A stretch of 64,000 nt of DNA from Phoronis australis (GCA_002633005.1 NMRA01000015.1:1844200-1908199); one strand, 5' to 3'. Numbered from the stretch's first letter, positions 14,201 to 27,618 are shown. Numbers and translations are program-made. The notes: generated by a model from the letters alone, not told the origin.

Positions 14201-17200
14201 AATGTTCTAATAGGACAGTACTTATATACCTGTATATACACTTGAAACTTGAATGTCCACTGGCTTTTGTCTTAACACTTACATGCTAAGATAAAGAATT
14301 ATTTTATAACGTTTCTCCATGTACTTTTGATATGAGAAAGCAATAAACATTTAATTTTCATGTCACCATTTGTTTGACATCAAAAGTACGCACCAACAGC
14401 AACCATCAAGCAATTTCCAGCAGACATGCGTTTTGTACACTGAATGAAAAGGGTATTATAATAAAAGTTGAAAGGTTTTTCAACCAAATGATCAAGGTGA
14501 CTTACTATAAAACAATCTTGGTGGAAAGTTGTAGAGACTCAATATCTGAGACAGAGGACACGGTCGAGTGATAGCGGAGAAGGCACCACGTATTCGGGAT
14601 TTATGACGAGCTACAAAAGTCTCGGTGAATATAACGTCGTGATTGTAGTCATCTCTCTGGCCATGGATCAGTTTGCCAAGACGATCTTCTACACTCTGAA
14701 ATTCAAGAGGAAATAAATTCAAATAAAAACCCACAAAGAGCCTACAAGGCATATTCTAGGACCTAGGTTTACTTTTTATCACAGTCCTATAATCACGTCG
14801 AGTGTAGTATTTGCTCAAACTGTATATAAATGGTCTTGGAGATTAGAATTACATGCAAACATACATCGGACAGGAAGTCGCCAGGTAGGTCGTAGGTCTT
14901 GGTGAGGTCAGCAATAGTGATCTGACCTTCCTCTTGAAGCCTGTCATTGATCTCTTCAGCTATTCTGTCCAAGTACGACCTGAAAGCATTACAAACTTCA
15001 TTTTATACCGTGCTTACAGTGTACAAAATCACAAAGTTATGGCTTCAGTACCTTGTGACAACCAACCTTCTGCTCAAAACTCTGGAATTTCTTCTCACTT
15101 CAACCCTCGGACAGTGTAGAGAAAACTTGTCCATTCACAATACTGTTATGGGCCTTTGAAAACATTAAAAAAGGCCAATTTTTGGCAATCAATTTTGTCT
15201 GAAATTGGTGAGATCAGTAATTTGGTTCTAATTAAGCAAATTTGACATTTGTTGCCTTAAGTTACTCACGGGTCAATAAGTTGTCCCAGTACAAAGTTCA
15301 GACTCTTGTCACTTTGGACAATCTCACTGGTCTTAGCCTGAATGTGACTCAGGTCAACATTGATGGCTTGTTGCAAGTCAACCAGGTTTACTCTACCTGA
15401 AACAATGATAAAAAGAGCATTCACAAACACAGTACTGTGAAATAACTAGTCAAAGTAGTCTGATACTACGCAGTGTCCTCATCAGGCATAGTGAGTGGAG
15501 GAACAATCACACAAAAAGTTTGAGCTCATATTCAAATTTTACTACCATACTCAAATTCTGAGCCTTGCACTCAAATGTCTACAGTGCTGAAACGTCAAGT
15601 TACCATCTGGTGACCTTCTTCAATATAATGCACACTGCAGTCAGGACCTCGCTGTATATTATCCAAATGATTATTTTAGAGTGACCTGAATTTTTGTAAA
15701 AATGATTACGGATGTCAGCAGCCTCCCGTTCACTGTAGTAATTGACAGTGAGACGACTAATGAGAACACAGCGAAGAACAGACGGAGGAAGTAACAAACA
15801 ACGGACAACTACAGTCATGTTTTCAACAGCAGCAGTGTATTTTGATGCATCCAAGTGTATAAGACACATGTCATTGTATGTATAATTTTTTTCCTAACTT
15901 TGTCTCTGCATAGCAACCCGCGTGTCATTGGAAGCAAATCCTTAAAAATTTTTGTGACTGACAGCACAGCAGCATGGAAACGAGGCTGTGAAGCACTGTG
16001 GGTAAATAGTATGGTTTTCACGAAGCACGGACACACTTTGGGATGAAAAACAAGATTACCTCCCTTGACTTCAAGCTCTTCTCTGATTTCCTTCCCAAGT
16101 TCTTGTGGAGTTAAATATTCCTTTCCATCAGTTGTGTAAACAACCTCAAGTTCTTTGGATTCAATAAGTTTGCGCACAATCTCAATGCAGTTTCGCTCGG
16201 TCAGTCTGAAAAATACAGGAACACCGTCCACTTAAGTTCAGCAAATAAAGGCAGGCTTATTGAAAAGTTCAAACACAACTTGTCAGCCAGAAGTAACTGC
16301 ATGACCATTTGTAACAAATGTCAACCAATGCAATTCAATATGACTCGTGCAACAAAAATACACTATTGGCAGCCATGTTGTTTTTACAATATTGTATACC
16401 TATGATGTAGTTTAAGCACCTGATCTACATAATATTTTGCATTCTCCCGACAAAACCATAACAAGTTATAAAATCCTGCGAGTAGCTGTGTCGCTGCTAA
16501 ATTTGTGGAGCAATCTTATGCGTTGGTTTTCAGCGCGATGAAATATGGCATCACTTAGGCTATTTCTGTTTTCGCTGATTCTTCAATTGCTCTTCCTCCA
16601 CAAGGTTGTATACATGTCACAACCAATCATTGGAACTGGGTTTTTTTAGTACCAGCAAACCAAGTTCCTGAACAAATTTTGCCTTGGCATAGCTGTCATC
16701 ATCTCCTGGAAAATAACATCACAAGCATACTGTTTTCAAGTCAGCAACAAACTCTTCTTGTTACAAGACAAGAAAATATGATGCTTTAAGATTCCTTTCC
16801 ACGATGTAACAGGCAAGGTGTCCGTTAGCTCTACAAGTTTCAAAGTTTCAAGATAAGGTGACGAGCAGAACTATTCGGAAATGTGAAGTTTAGAAGTCTA
16901 TGTGAAATTAACACACAGCGGTTCCAAGCTGTATTTTGGCGTTGCCTCAGCTAGCTTGTTTTGATCTGTAACAATATTAAGTGTCTCTATACTACATTAT
17001 ATCTGCTGGAAGTTGGATAATGGTGTGCCAGAACTTCTGGCAGAAGTTTGGAAAGGTTCAAAATATCGCCACTATACCACGCATGAGTCAATCCGTGTGA
17101 TTGGCAGCTGTTTGACGTGTCTGACCTCAAACAGTAGATCATCCATTGACCCACATCACTTACTTATAAGTCTTAGCCTCGCGGTTTCTGGGTTTGTTAT

Positions 17201-18140
17201 TATTTCTTTGTATGTTCTGTGTATCCTTCAATAAATATATCGTCCGGTTACCTATTTTCGTCAGGCTCCAAAGTTCGTCCGCCATCTTGTTTCGCGTGCA
17301 GCGCAACCACGCGGGACTTAGCGTTCCAATTTGGAGTTCTCGTCTGCACGTTAGGTACTAACTTATCGGAAGAGACACGTATCAAAGTAATGAGACAAAA
17401 ATCGGTGAGTTTACCGATTGTTTTTTAAAACCACTTAAAAATCAGTAGATTTTACTAATACACTTTTTTGTGCGTTTTCAGAAGATGTTTTCGAATTTAA
17501 ATTTTCTTCCGACGGGANGCATTAGTAAAATCAACAAGTTTTTAAGTGGTCTCAAAAAAACAGTCGGTAAATGCATTAATTTTAGTCTCAGTTCTTCCAC
17601 GCGTGTTTCTCCCGAGAGGTTAGTACCTAACGTGCAGACGAGCGTTCCAAATTGGAACGCTAAGTCCCGCGTGGCAGCGCTGCACGCGAAACAAGATGGC
17701 GGACGACCTTTGGAGACTGACGACGAGAGGTAATCGGACTATATATCACATTCACAGTGAAAGATCTAGTCAGACAGAGTGGTGAAATTGTGAAACTCGC
17801 CATTGCATCTATGCATCGTTGTAATGGTATACGCAGTACTCCCATATTTACTTGTGGAGTACACTAGTCACTAGCAGAGGTAGGTTATGTTTCAAAAGAT
17901 CAAAATAAGCCCCCCCCCGCCCAACCCAATGTTGGCCCATGCTGGTCAACTCCAAGCCTGTCCAAGACAGTAGCAAAGTCAAAATCAGAACAGTTGTCAA
18001 AAAAACAGCATAACCACAAAACCGTTACCCTTAACTTTATATTTTTTTCACGTAACCTACTTCTGGGTGGTGCTGCTGTACTGTGCCTTCTGAAAATCTG
18101 CTGCAAGCCTCTTTATTTCCTCCCAGTTGGCTTCTGCCAT
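5249..18140 (-). CDS. UFL1: E3 UFM1-protein ligase 1, 15 coding exons, ~776 aa
   Basis: Exons (minus): 18140-18061, 16205-16060, 15396-15270, 14979-14865, 14695-14506, 14044-13898, 12861-12686, 11679-11509, 10864-10744, 10038-9786, 9270-9104, 8351-8143, 7476-7385, 6151-5940, 5373-5249. All are GT-AG and phase-consistent (2331 nt). Peptides [67 protein letters not shown] and PGRCVP match UFL1. Confidence 0.96.
7278..7375. repeat. ~50-bp tandem duplication next to the UFL1 exon-13 donor
   Basis: tgaaacttgaacttcc(ca)cagacaacattaccagact..ccacag occurs twice in tandem. Confidence 0.6.
9519..9703. repeat. Degenerate ~40-bp minisatellite in a UFL1 intron
   Basis: Core ataaggtcatg(g/t)gtcatgca recurs ~4-5 times. 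It explains the spurious CMTHDLII repeats in ORFs 9352-9731. Confidence 0.7.
13336..13445 (+). repeat. Dispersed repeat fragment, second copy at ~24861-24952
   Basis: cattc(a/g)ctgaaatcaaggcc(a/g)gtgtc...g(c/t)agagcatt.(g)gct...tgctgag is shared between the two loci. Confidence 0.45.
17235..17746. mobile_element. Foldback/MITE-like element with ~220-bp inverted arms in UFL1 intron 1
   Basis: 17235-17459 is the imperfect reverse complement of 17521-17746 (e.g. gtccgccatcttgtttcgcgtgcagcgc / gcgctgcacgcgaaacaagatggcggac). Both ends have TATA/TA-rich flanks. An N lies at 17518 in the spacer. Confidence 0.75.
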
Positions 18141-18256
18141 GTTGTTAGTTTTCTATTGTATTCACTCACCGCGAGGTGGCAGTGTCCAACAGGTGCCCGT
18201 TGCATCATGGGTATTGTTGTAGCAACTAGTAAAGATGGAGGATTAAAGAAGACGGT
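18141..18256. promoter_or_regulatory. Bidirectional promoter between UFL1 and the uncharacterised + strand gene
   Basis: Head-to-head starts are <130 bp apart. CTCF consensus CCGCGAGGTGGCAG at 18169-18182; ZNF143/SBS-like TGCATCATGGGTATTGTTGT at 18201-18220; RFX-like GTTGTAGCAAC at 18216-18226; YY1-like AAGATGG at 18232-18238. Confidence 0.7.
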
Positions 18257-21200
18257 ATGGAACAGGTAATTTTCTCGTTTGTTATGATTTTTAGCTCTAT
18301 TTTGCCGGATATTGGACCAAGTCTGTACAGAATTAATGATTCTCTTCCTAAAAAACAACACATTGTTTCCTAGTTAATATTAAGGTGCCATTAGTGTCAC
18401 AAACATCACCAAGATTTGTTTAAACAGTTTAATTTTTACTGTCCTTGAACTGAAGACTCTTAACAGTAACATGGTCTTTCCATTATCAATCCATCAGAGC
18501 ACAGGCACCATTAATTAACAGCTCCTTTAATCAGCTAGTCATATGACACTATAGTACATAACAGCGAGTGCCTGATGAGAGTGGCTGTGATCAGACAGTG
18601 GCACCAGTCGATACAATTGTCCCTGCCTTAGAGATCCAGGCAATCACTGAATAACGGCCCCTGGCTGTTAGGTAGCGGATGAAACTGGTTCTCTAAATCA
18701 GTATCCATTATATCCGACTAGTGCTCAGGCATCAGTGAATTACTGAATCTGTCACGTGCTGTCTCAATATACAATCACTTATTTTTCCTTTACCAAAACT
18801 TGAGTCACATAATCGAATGTGAATGGTTGTTTAATTATTGTTAGGTGAATCCGATCCACAATAGTTAAAGAAACAGTAAAGGTTGGTTAACATTTCCATT
18901 ATTTTATATCATGTACATGTGATTTGATTTAGTGCAGTGCAATTTTTTATCACCATGGATGTAATTATTTGAATGAGCTTATAAAGCGAGTATTCCATTA
19001 GCTTATGTATACCCCATCTTGAAATCAAACTGCACAGTATACTCATGTCTCATGCTCGTGAAAGCTTCTGTCATTCTTTTTAACATATGCATATAGCTGT
19101 CATTATATACTTTTATGTACCGAAGTGACTTGTATCGCTGACACTTCATCATTGCTGAGAACAGAATGGATGTCACATAGGATTCTCAGTCACTGTCTGA
19201 TACACTCGTTGATCGTTAGTTACGCTGTGACTGGCTGATGTCAAGTATGGAATTTCTGAATGTAATGACCTCAATCAAAGGTTAGGTGGTATTCAGTCGC
19301 TAGGTTGTTAGCCAAGTTAGGGATTGGTCAGCTTGTCACTCAGTGAGAGTTTCATGCGACATCAACAGTTCTGTTTTCAGCCATGACGAACTGTAATCAG
19401 TGGAAGTTTTTTATGGTATTGCACATAGCTGGCATGGCACCACCTGTGTAAACAACTAACTCAGGCACATGAATGGAGTACTGTATTAGAGATTATAGAC
19501 TCACTCAGCAACTTGTATTCTTACATGTCTGCTGAGTAGTAATAAACGCATTGCACATCTAAATAGAAGTCTCCTTTTCTTGTGTCCCTGCTAGCTAGGC
19601 CTTCCAAATTTGACAAAACTGCTTAAACTCTCATCACCTCGTTATATCACAAAACATGAAGTGAACCCACCAAACAAGGCACCTCTAAAATTTTTGTGTT
19701 TGTCGCAGGAATCAAATAGAAAAATGAAGAAGAAAGAAGCAGTAGCCATTACGTACGGTAAACAGTCACGCACTAGTTTACCTAACGTACTAGAACAGTA
19801 TGGAATGAAAGATGCCAAGTCTATGAACAAGGTGAGGGAATGTTGTAAAGAAGGTGAGGGCCTCTTGTAAAGTTATTTGTTCACACCAATTAAGAACTAA
19901 GTTTATTCAAATGTGTTGATGTTATCAGCACCGTCTTTGGAAACCATTGCTCTGTTTCATGTGTTGGGGCAAAACCTGTGTTTTTTTGTTAAATTCAAAT
20001 TTAAGCTTTCCTAATTACTCATGACAAACCAAGGGACAGAATGGAGTTCAGTGATAGCTTTAACGGGAAGATTCATCTCCGCTGGAAGTTGATTCATTCC
20101 AGTTTGAAGATTGTTGGTTTGTGATTATCTCTTAGATAAGCTATTTTGCTGACACGCTTTGAAACTTCCATTACTAGGCACCTGTCAGAGGTCTTAAAGG
20201 GGCTATGATCCCGTCTTCCATCACAAAACCTACTTTGTTTTTTAGGGCTTTGAAAGAACTGACAATTCATTATTGCTTGAGACCTGGTGCTTGTCGCGGC
20301 GTCTCATTTTATGCACAGAGCGTGTTCTTGAGGAATAATGAACTTTCAGTTTGTTGCAATTCCAGAAATTAATTAGTTGAGATCTAGTTTATAGCAGCTG
20401 TGGTCTACATCCAAGTTCCTCTTCTTGAGTAGAAAGTGGGTTCATAGGGACTTCAAATTGTAAACGCTGAAAGTTAATTGTTGGAGTGTTCACCATTGTT
20501 TGCAGGGAAATGAAGTCAAACCAACAGCAGACAGGCATCATCATGGCCATCGACCTTCATCTGGCTTTGAAAGCCAATTAGAGAAAGAAAAACAGAAAAA
20601 TGAGGTACGCATATTCTAATGCCTGTGTTCACGATACCTGTGTGCACGAATGTGTTCTAATACCTGTGTGCATGAGTGACCAGCTTTGTGTTTCAACACA
20701 TCTTGCCTCAGTCTAGATATGCATGCATTGCGGTCTCATGGGACCTTTATCCCACTAATGCTATTTTACTGGTGGACAGTCGTTTGTTCTAAAATCCTCA
20801 AATATCTTCCTTATAGCGTTGCCTTGTAAATGTTGCGTTGTCCATTCCTTTTCCTCCTGGTTTTGATTACCTAAAAACAAGCAAGATGAAACTGTGGTCT
20901 TGCTCATAATGATTTCATAGGTTTTTTTGAGGAAATATTTACACCAAAAACTTGAAACGAACATGTTTACTTTTGCAGAAGTACATGCAAGTCTTCAAAG
21001 ATTTTCAAAAAGCTAAGAAGTACTATTACTCTAGATATATGAAAAACCTAAAAGAAAAAGTCGAATTGCAAAGAGAGAAAATTCAACAAAAGACTGATGA
21101 ACTTAACAGCAAAATTCTAGAGAAAGAAAGAAAAGAGGTTTGTATGTTATTTGTAAACTTGACCTTTATGAATTGGAAGTTGTCTTTTGCTGTGAGAAGC

Positions 21201-24200
21201 GTGCTAAAAGTTGTCTCACTTAAAGTGCATTATAGCGTAAGTGTACCCATTTTTGACACCTTTTCACATCATTTTGTACTTCCATATAAATTCTGAGTTA
21301 TTTCTGCAAAAGCTTACTCAATGTCAATGTAATGAAACATGTTTTCTTGAACTATAAGATGTGTCACCTATAAAAAGAGACGATCAAGATACTAAGATTT
21401 CACAAGTGATACAAAACAACTCACTTGGCTCATGAAAGTGTGTACCCCTGATTGATACCCCATAACCCAGTGTTTCCGAAAGCACATTTCTAAAAGTCCT
21501 CATTATTTCCTGATGACTGGTTATTTCATTAAACAATAGTTAAGATTGTGTAGTATTATTTAATGTACAATTATGCTTCAAGTCTGAAAACATTACAAAA
21601 TTGTAAACTTCCCAGTCATCTGCTTCCACGTGCGGTTTGATGGCACACGTGCAGTGCAGGCTGTTTGATGGCATATGGACAGTGCTCTCTGTTTGCTCAC
21701 AAGACTTCAGTGTAACTGGTAAAGCTGAAAAATACATTTTGATTCACCAAGAATCATAAGGGTGTCGATGGTGGGCACACTATTGATTGTGGGTTCACTT
21801 TTGCTATGTTTTTGTTGCTTCGCTGAGCTTAGAACGATCTTCCCTGACGTGTTACTACTTACTATTAGATTATTGGTAAAATAGGTCCAGACCACATGAT
21901 TAATTTTGTCTTTGGGTTTCAATTGATTTCCGGGGATGTGACTGTCATACGTTTAACTATAACCTAAATATATTTTCAGGAGTATAGTCGTCACCATCTC
22001 AAGAAACGCTTAAAGCGAGTCGATGTCACACATAATGATGACTTTCTTCACAGCATTCCCAAGTCAGACTTCTACAAGGTATTTTACATTGGTTTTCTCT
22101 GGATGAATTCCCATAAAAACATTTCTCTTCTCCCGAAGCACATCTCTTTTTACACTCTGACTGCAGTTCATCCTGAGAACAGAATTGCAGTGAAAAGCTT
22201 GCCGAAGAAATGCTTAAAGATGTATTTGCATGCTCCTAACTATGCTAATGTATAGCAGGAACTAAACGGCAATGCTGCTGAACATCATCTACGCTAAACA
22301 AAGTGCAGTTGTATTCATTGACAACTTGTAAATGTGAAAACAAAGAATTATGCAAATAGGTGACCTTTGCACTAATGACGTACCTCGAGGGCTCACATAG
22401 CCCAAATCATGCGCGGTCCCCAACACCACGTCACGAAACTTACTCGACATGGTTGAGTGATTGCAGCAGATCATTTTCGATCCAAAACTCGTTCTTAAAA
22501 ACATCTGGCAATTTTCAACGTACTTCATACTTAGTCACATTGTCGCTATATGTTGTGTTTCTAACTAATTTGACCAATCAATGACAGAGATAAGGAATTA
22601 GTGTGCAACTTCCACTTTAAATGAGTAAAACACTGTTTATGAGAACACTCAGACAGTCTTTGAAGGAGAAAGATTTTCTGCCCTAGGAGGATTTCCCCTG
22701 TATTTTTAAGTAGACACTACTAGTCTTTAACTGATGAGTGGTGGCCCCTTCACCCACATTTTTAAATTCTTATTTTTGCATGTAATGTGAGTGCCCGATG
22801 GAAGTATCTGAAAGTCAATTTAGTATAATTTTGTTAGACCAAACGGCATTGGAGACCTCTCATGGTTGTAGGTTGTATACCGAATAATGTAATTTTATGT
22901 TCCAAATACATAGTTAGATTCTTTTCACGTGTTTTGGTGTTTTTGTTACTAACTTGCACAGGATTCTTGGCGGGAGAACATATTGCATTAAGTGACCGAT
23001 TTGTGACTTTCTTCTTAACTTTAGATTGTAAAGCTGGAGAAACTAATGAAGGCCAGAGGCAAACTGAACAACCAGATGGATGTTGATTCATTTTGGATCA
23101 ACATCAAGAAGCCTGAGGTGTTCTATTCATACTTTGGAAGATATCCAAAAGGAGGTGAGAGCATTATGTTTATACTTGGCATTATGGGTAGGGGTAGATT
23201 CTTTTGCAGCATTTCATACTTTACCTGAAAATTTTATGGACCATGAATGTGAGACTGTTCATAGGTGGATTTAGGAGGACGCTATGAAATCTTAGTTCCA
23301 CAGGACAATTTGTCTTCTAACTTCTTCTCTCTGAACAATACAAACCACAGTTTGAAGGATCTGAATAACACACACACACCTGTTTTGATTCATGGCTCAT
23401 GTCAACAGTTTCAAAACTGTTTGTCAGCAATTGCTGACACCAAAAGCTAGACAATATGATATACAGCAATGCATTATTCTTTGACTTAACTTAAAAGCGG
23501 CAGAAAACTTAGATAAATCTAAGATATGTTTTCCCTAGCTGTCACTGAGGAAGAAAAAAGCCAGTTGCTCAGTTTCCGTCTATTTTTGGTTGCTTGTAGG
23601 TGTTTACTTTCTATGTTCTCTACCATTTCAGATTTTGAATCAGACTATGAATACAGGGCAGGGTCAGATCATTCCTATCACACTGGTGTGCATACCTCAG
23701 CAGGGAGTTCTGCTGGTGCTCAGAGTGAACACGACAGACGACCTGCCATGATGAGTGCAGTACCAGAAACTGGGGAGTCTACTCGGCCAACAACACAGCA
23801 CGTACAAGTGGGCAATAGAATTGTAGAGGAGACAGAGGTACAGTGGTGTTGGTTGAATACCACATGGTGTTGTGTGGGTAACACCCAGTGGGTGGTCAGT
23901 GATTATGGTCATAGTGAAAGAACTTGAGGCGGCAGAAAATGATGGTGTTAATCATAACAATAATATCTATGCTATATAGCAATTACTAAAAGCTAAGTGC
24001 TTTACTATAAGCAGTTTGTTCAGGAGGTTGCTGAAACAAATATTGAAGACAAGGAACACTTTCAGTGAAAGATGGACAGTGTTGCTGAATGTTATGTTCT
24101 ACTTGCTTTGTTTGTTTTAACAACTTGGATACATTGTTCAAAGCGTTCTGTAACCAATATAATGAAATCAGACCCAACATTTTGGAATTAAGTCCATTAA

Positions 24201-27200
24201 TGGATACTATCATGATTTTCGAGCTGGGGGAAATACTGTTACTACAGTTCCAAATAATGCGTAAAAAAGAAGTTGGTAAAGCGATGAGCAAATTTTATGT
24301 TCTAAATGATGAGCTGTTTTAATAATTAATGGATCCTTTTTGCAGAGTGATGCATTACTGGCGAAGCTGAACACGGAGAATATGACATTGACAGAACTTG
24401 GGCGTAAGGCTGCCTATGAATTGGACAGAAGGTGCCCTAAAGTTGAACTGCCCGATCTGGCGTGTTTTCAGTTGGAACTGGGAGAGAAACCACCTGACCC
24501 TGAGGAGGTAGAATGTAGTGTTGGTCCCACTATCGGATTGTAGGGTCATGTGATAATATTGTGCAAATCTATTTGTGAGGAGAGCCATGATTGGCTTTGG
24601 TTAAGCCTGGCTGTGAACTGTTGGTCATGTAAAGCAGCACTGCCAATAGATGGCGCTATATGATCTGTAGACCGAGATCACTTTATTGAAACATTATATA
24701 GGGGCATCATTGGGTTTTATGTCCAAAAATGCATTTTTGGTACTATTGTTGGATGGGATAGTTCTTGACGTTCATAGCCTTGACCAGAGCTATAAAACAA
24801 CTAAATCTGTTGTTTATGTGATTGTATTACAAATTGCCGATTCTCGCCATTTTTTGCCAGACATTCGCTGAAATCAAGGCCGGTGTCTTTACTGCGAAGC
24901 TACCATTAAACATGTGGGACAGCAGTAGAGCATTCAGCTGCTATTGCTGAGTTAAAAGTTTCAAATATAGCTACTGCTACCCCGAGAATATTCCTTTATG
25001 TAGCCAGAAGTTGTCTCGTCTTCAACAGTTTATTGCAGTCACATTTTCTGGACCAAGAATCATTGAAAGTAAATGTGATATGCAGCTGTGACCAACATTG
25101 TGCACGTATTCCACCAATGGGACCAATAAAATGTTGCAATTACAGGAAATGAGAAAAGCTGAATTTAAAGCAAGAGAGAATCACAGAAAAGGAGTCGTGA
25201 AAACTGTTCAGAAGATGTACAGATTGGCTATGGCCCACAATGCATCAGCTCTCAGAATACTCGACAGGCACACAGACGACATTTCCCAAGTGTTGGATCA
25301 GACGTCTATAAGGGACATAGTAAGAGTTTGTTGATTGTCAATTTGTACTTTGCTACCAGTTTCTCTAACATGTGGAAACGGAGCTGGTCTATCACCAATT
25401 AGTATTGTGAAATGACTCAGCTGTCCTTAAAATATTCATTCTCCCCCTGCTCTCATTTTTCTGAGATGAGTAAGTCAGTTGGTAAAATACTAGTTTGTTT
25501 TTTCAACTTTTCACTGTTGAGGGTACATGCCTTTTGTTTCAAAAGTACAAATTACAATTTAAAAAATTCTTTTGTCAGATTACATGTAAAATCTTTTTAG
25601 TCACGCGTGATTTTCAATCAGTCCCGCAAGGGAAACCAACTTATAGTTTAATTCCTACGATACATAACTGATATTACCTTTAGTACTTGGAGTCTTTAAC
25701 TACTAAAATTCTGTTTGGCCATTTGAATCATTGTGCAATAATTTCATGATCGTATACTACAATTATAGGGTGATTACTGAATAATTTCAAGCCAATTTTA
25801 AAGTCTTAAAAACTCGAGCTTTTTGAAATTCATGAAATAATTAAATTTTATTCAATAATTTTCCTTACACGTGTATGTTCTACACTTTACTCTCGTTAAC
25901 TTGTAGACGGGTACCAACTGTTTCTCACCAACTCTAATTCAGTCCAGCCAACGCCAGCTGCGCCCCCTATCTGTTCCAAGTGCACGCCAACTTGTCCCCA
26001 TACAGGACAGCGTATGCCAGGAAAATGTTACTGTTCCAAAATCACCTTCTTTGTCTTCACACTCTGCAAAGATATCCCGAAGGTGAGTAGTTGGAATAAT
26101 GGTACAATTTGCTGTTCTTCGAATGGAAAGTACTGCTTACTTTTCCCAGGGGTAGTGTATAGGAGCCTGTTTTGTCAAAAGTCATAAGTCCGGTCATGAC
26201 AGAGATGGTCGCAGGTGCATTATTGCAGACATGACATCGCTTGTTTTTTTCAGAGGAGCAAAACTGTTGCAAATGACTTAAAAGTTTATATTTTTTAATT
26301 CAGACTTAGAACCTGTCTTCACAAGCCACATTTACAATTAAGTGTCAGTAGAATGGCACTTACGACCATCTCAGCCAAGACCGGACTTGCCATCTTTGAT
26401 AAAATGGGCCCAAGGTGCTTTGATACCATGCTCAGGTGGTGAGCCTCTTAATTCCAGCTTCGATCCCTGAACCCCAGTTCTGTGGATCAACAAATTGTTA
26501 CCAAGCCTGCAGTATGGATATTCTATACCCACAACCCTAACACCACACGATACTTCATTCCCATCGTACAAATTCCATTCCTGAGGACCAAACTCCAGAC
26601 CCAAAGCATGGGTCCAGGTGAAGATTTTGGTCTGGAAATGAGGTTTGGTCACTAGGCATACAATAATTACACCAGTCCTGTTATTAAAATAAACACACAC
26701 CGTCTTGTATAGACAGAGGGTATTAGCCACTAAAACCTGTTCCTGCTCCTGTTGTTCCACCAGAACACCAAACCTGTCAGACATGAGTGTGTTGCACAAA
26801 TTCGTTTTGTGTGCTTGTTCCATAGTAATGCGATTGTTTCCACAAGGTTTAGTGTCACCACAAGCATAGTACTTCACGTTTTAAGTCGTAACGAACTATG
26901 AAGAAAACATGAAAGGCTGTCAACTGTAAAAAATGAGGGCTATAACCCACACGTACATTTTAAGAGTGGGTTAGAGCCTGGTGGAAATAATTAGTTTGAT
27001 AGATATTTTAATTTTTTAATGACATTGTCATTGTTGTTGATTGTAGGAGCAAGACATCTGGAGTATCAAGAGAGATTTCGCAGGTCAGTGTAGCGGAACC
27101 TCAACCCTTGTCCATTGAGAGCTTGGTACAGCATAAGAGCACAGTGGTACGTACAATATTTCATCTATTTAATAACACCACTTTAGCTTAAAAAACAAAA

Positions 27201-27618
27201 ATAAGGCTGTAATGTCATCAATTTCACCAGCTGCAACATAGATGAGCCTGCAGGTGGCAGTGTACAATGTCACCAACTGCGACAGAGACGAGTCTGCAGG
27301 TGGCAGTGTACAATGTCACCAACTGCAACAGAGATGAGCCTGCAGGTGGCAGTTTACAATTCAAATTAAAATTGTGAGATATAATTTCAACATGATCAGA
27401 TGAACTGTTTTGCGAAATATTTACTGAATTTATGTATTTCCTTCTTTAATCTTTCACTTTTGATTGGTTAATTGACTTCACAATCGATTCCCTAATTACC
27501 TGGATAGGGGTGAGACTTGTCTAAATGACCTGTTTTCCTTTTCCAGGAACCAAAAACCTTATCGACGTTCTGGAATAATTACTTAAAAGTTGGAAAAAGC
27601 ACCTTTGCTCCAAGTTAG
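18257..27618 (+). CDS. Uncharacterised multi-exon protein (~500 aa) with an N-terminal Lys/Glu-rich coiled-coil
   Basis: Phase-consistent GT-AG exons: 18257-18265 (MEQ; start uncertain, alternative ATG at 19724), 19709-19831, 20506-20604, 20979-21137, 21980-22078, 23025-23154, 23632-23837, 24346-24507, 25146-25319, 25907-26082, 27047-27146, 27547-27618 (EPKTLSTFWNNY...stop). ATTAAA at 27947. No family confidently recognised. Confidence 0.75.
27225..27360. repeat. 46-bp tandem repeat x3, each unit with a CTCF-like core
   Basis: Unit caccaactgcaacagagatgagcctgcaggtggcagtgtacaatgt. Confidence 0.8.

Noticed and set aside
18845-18881. Small AG/GT-bounded segment as a coding exon of the + strand gene
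   Set aside because: Stops in all three frames; at most a 5' UTR exon.
26371-26877. 168-aa minus-strand ORF and a possible + strand cassette exon near 26303-26413
   Set aside because: No recognisable motif, non-ATG start, weak donor; lies in an intron of the + strand gene.
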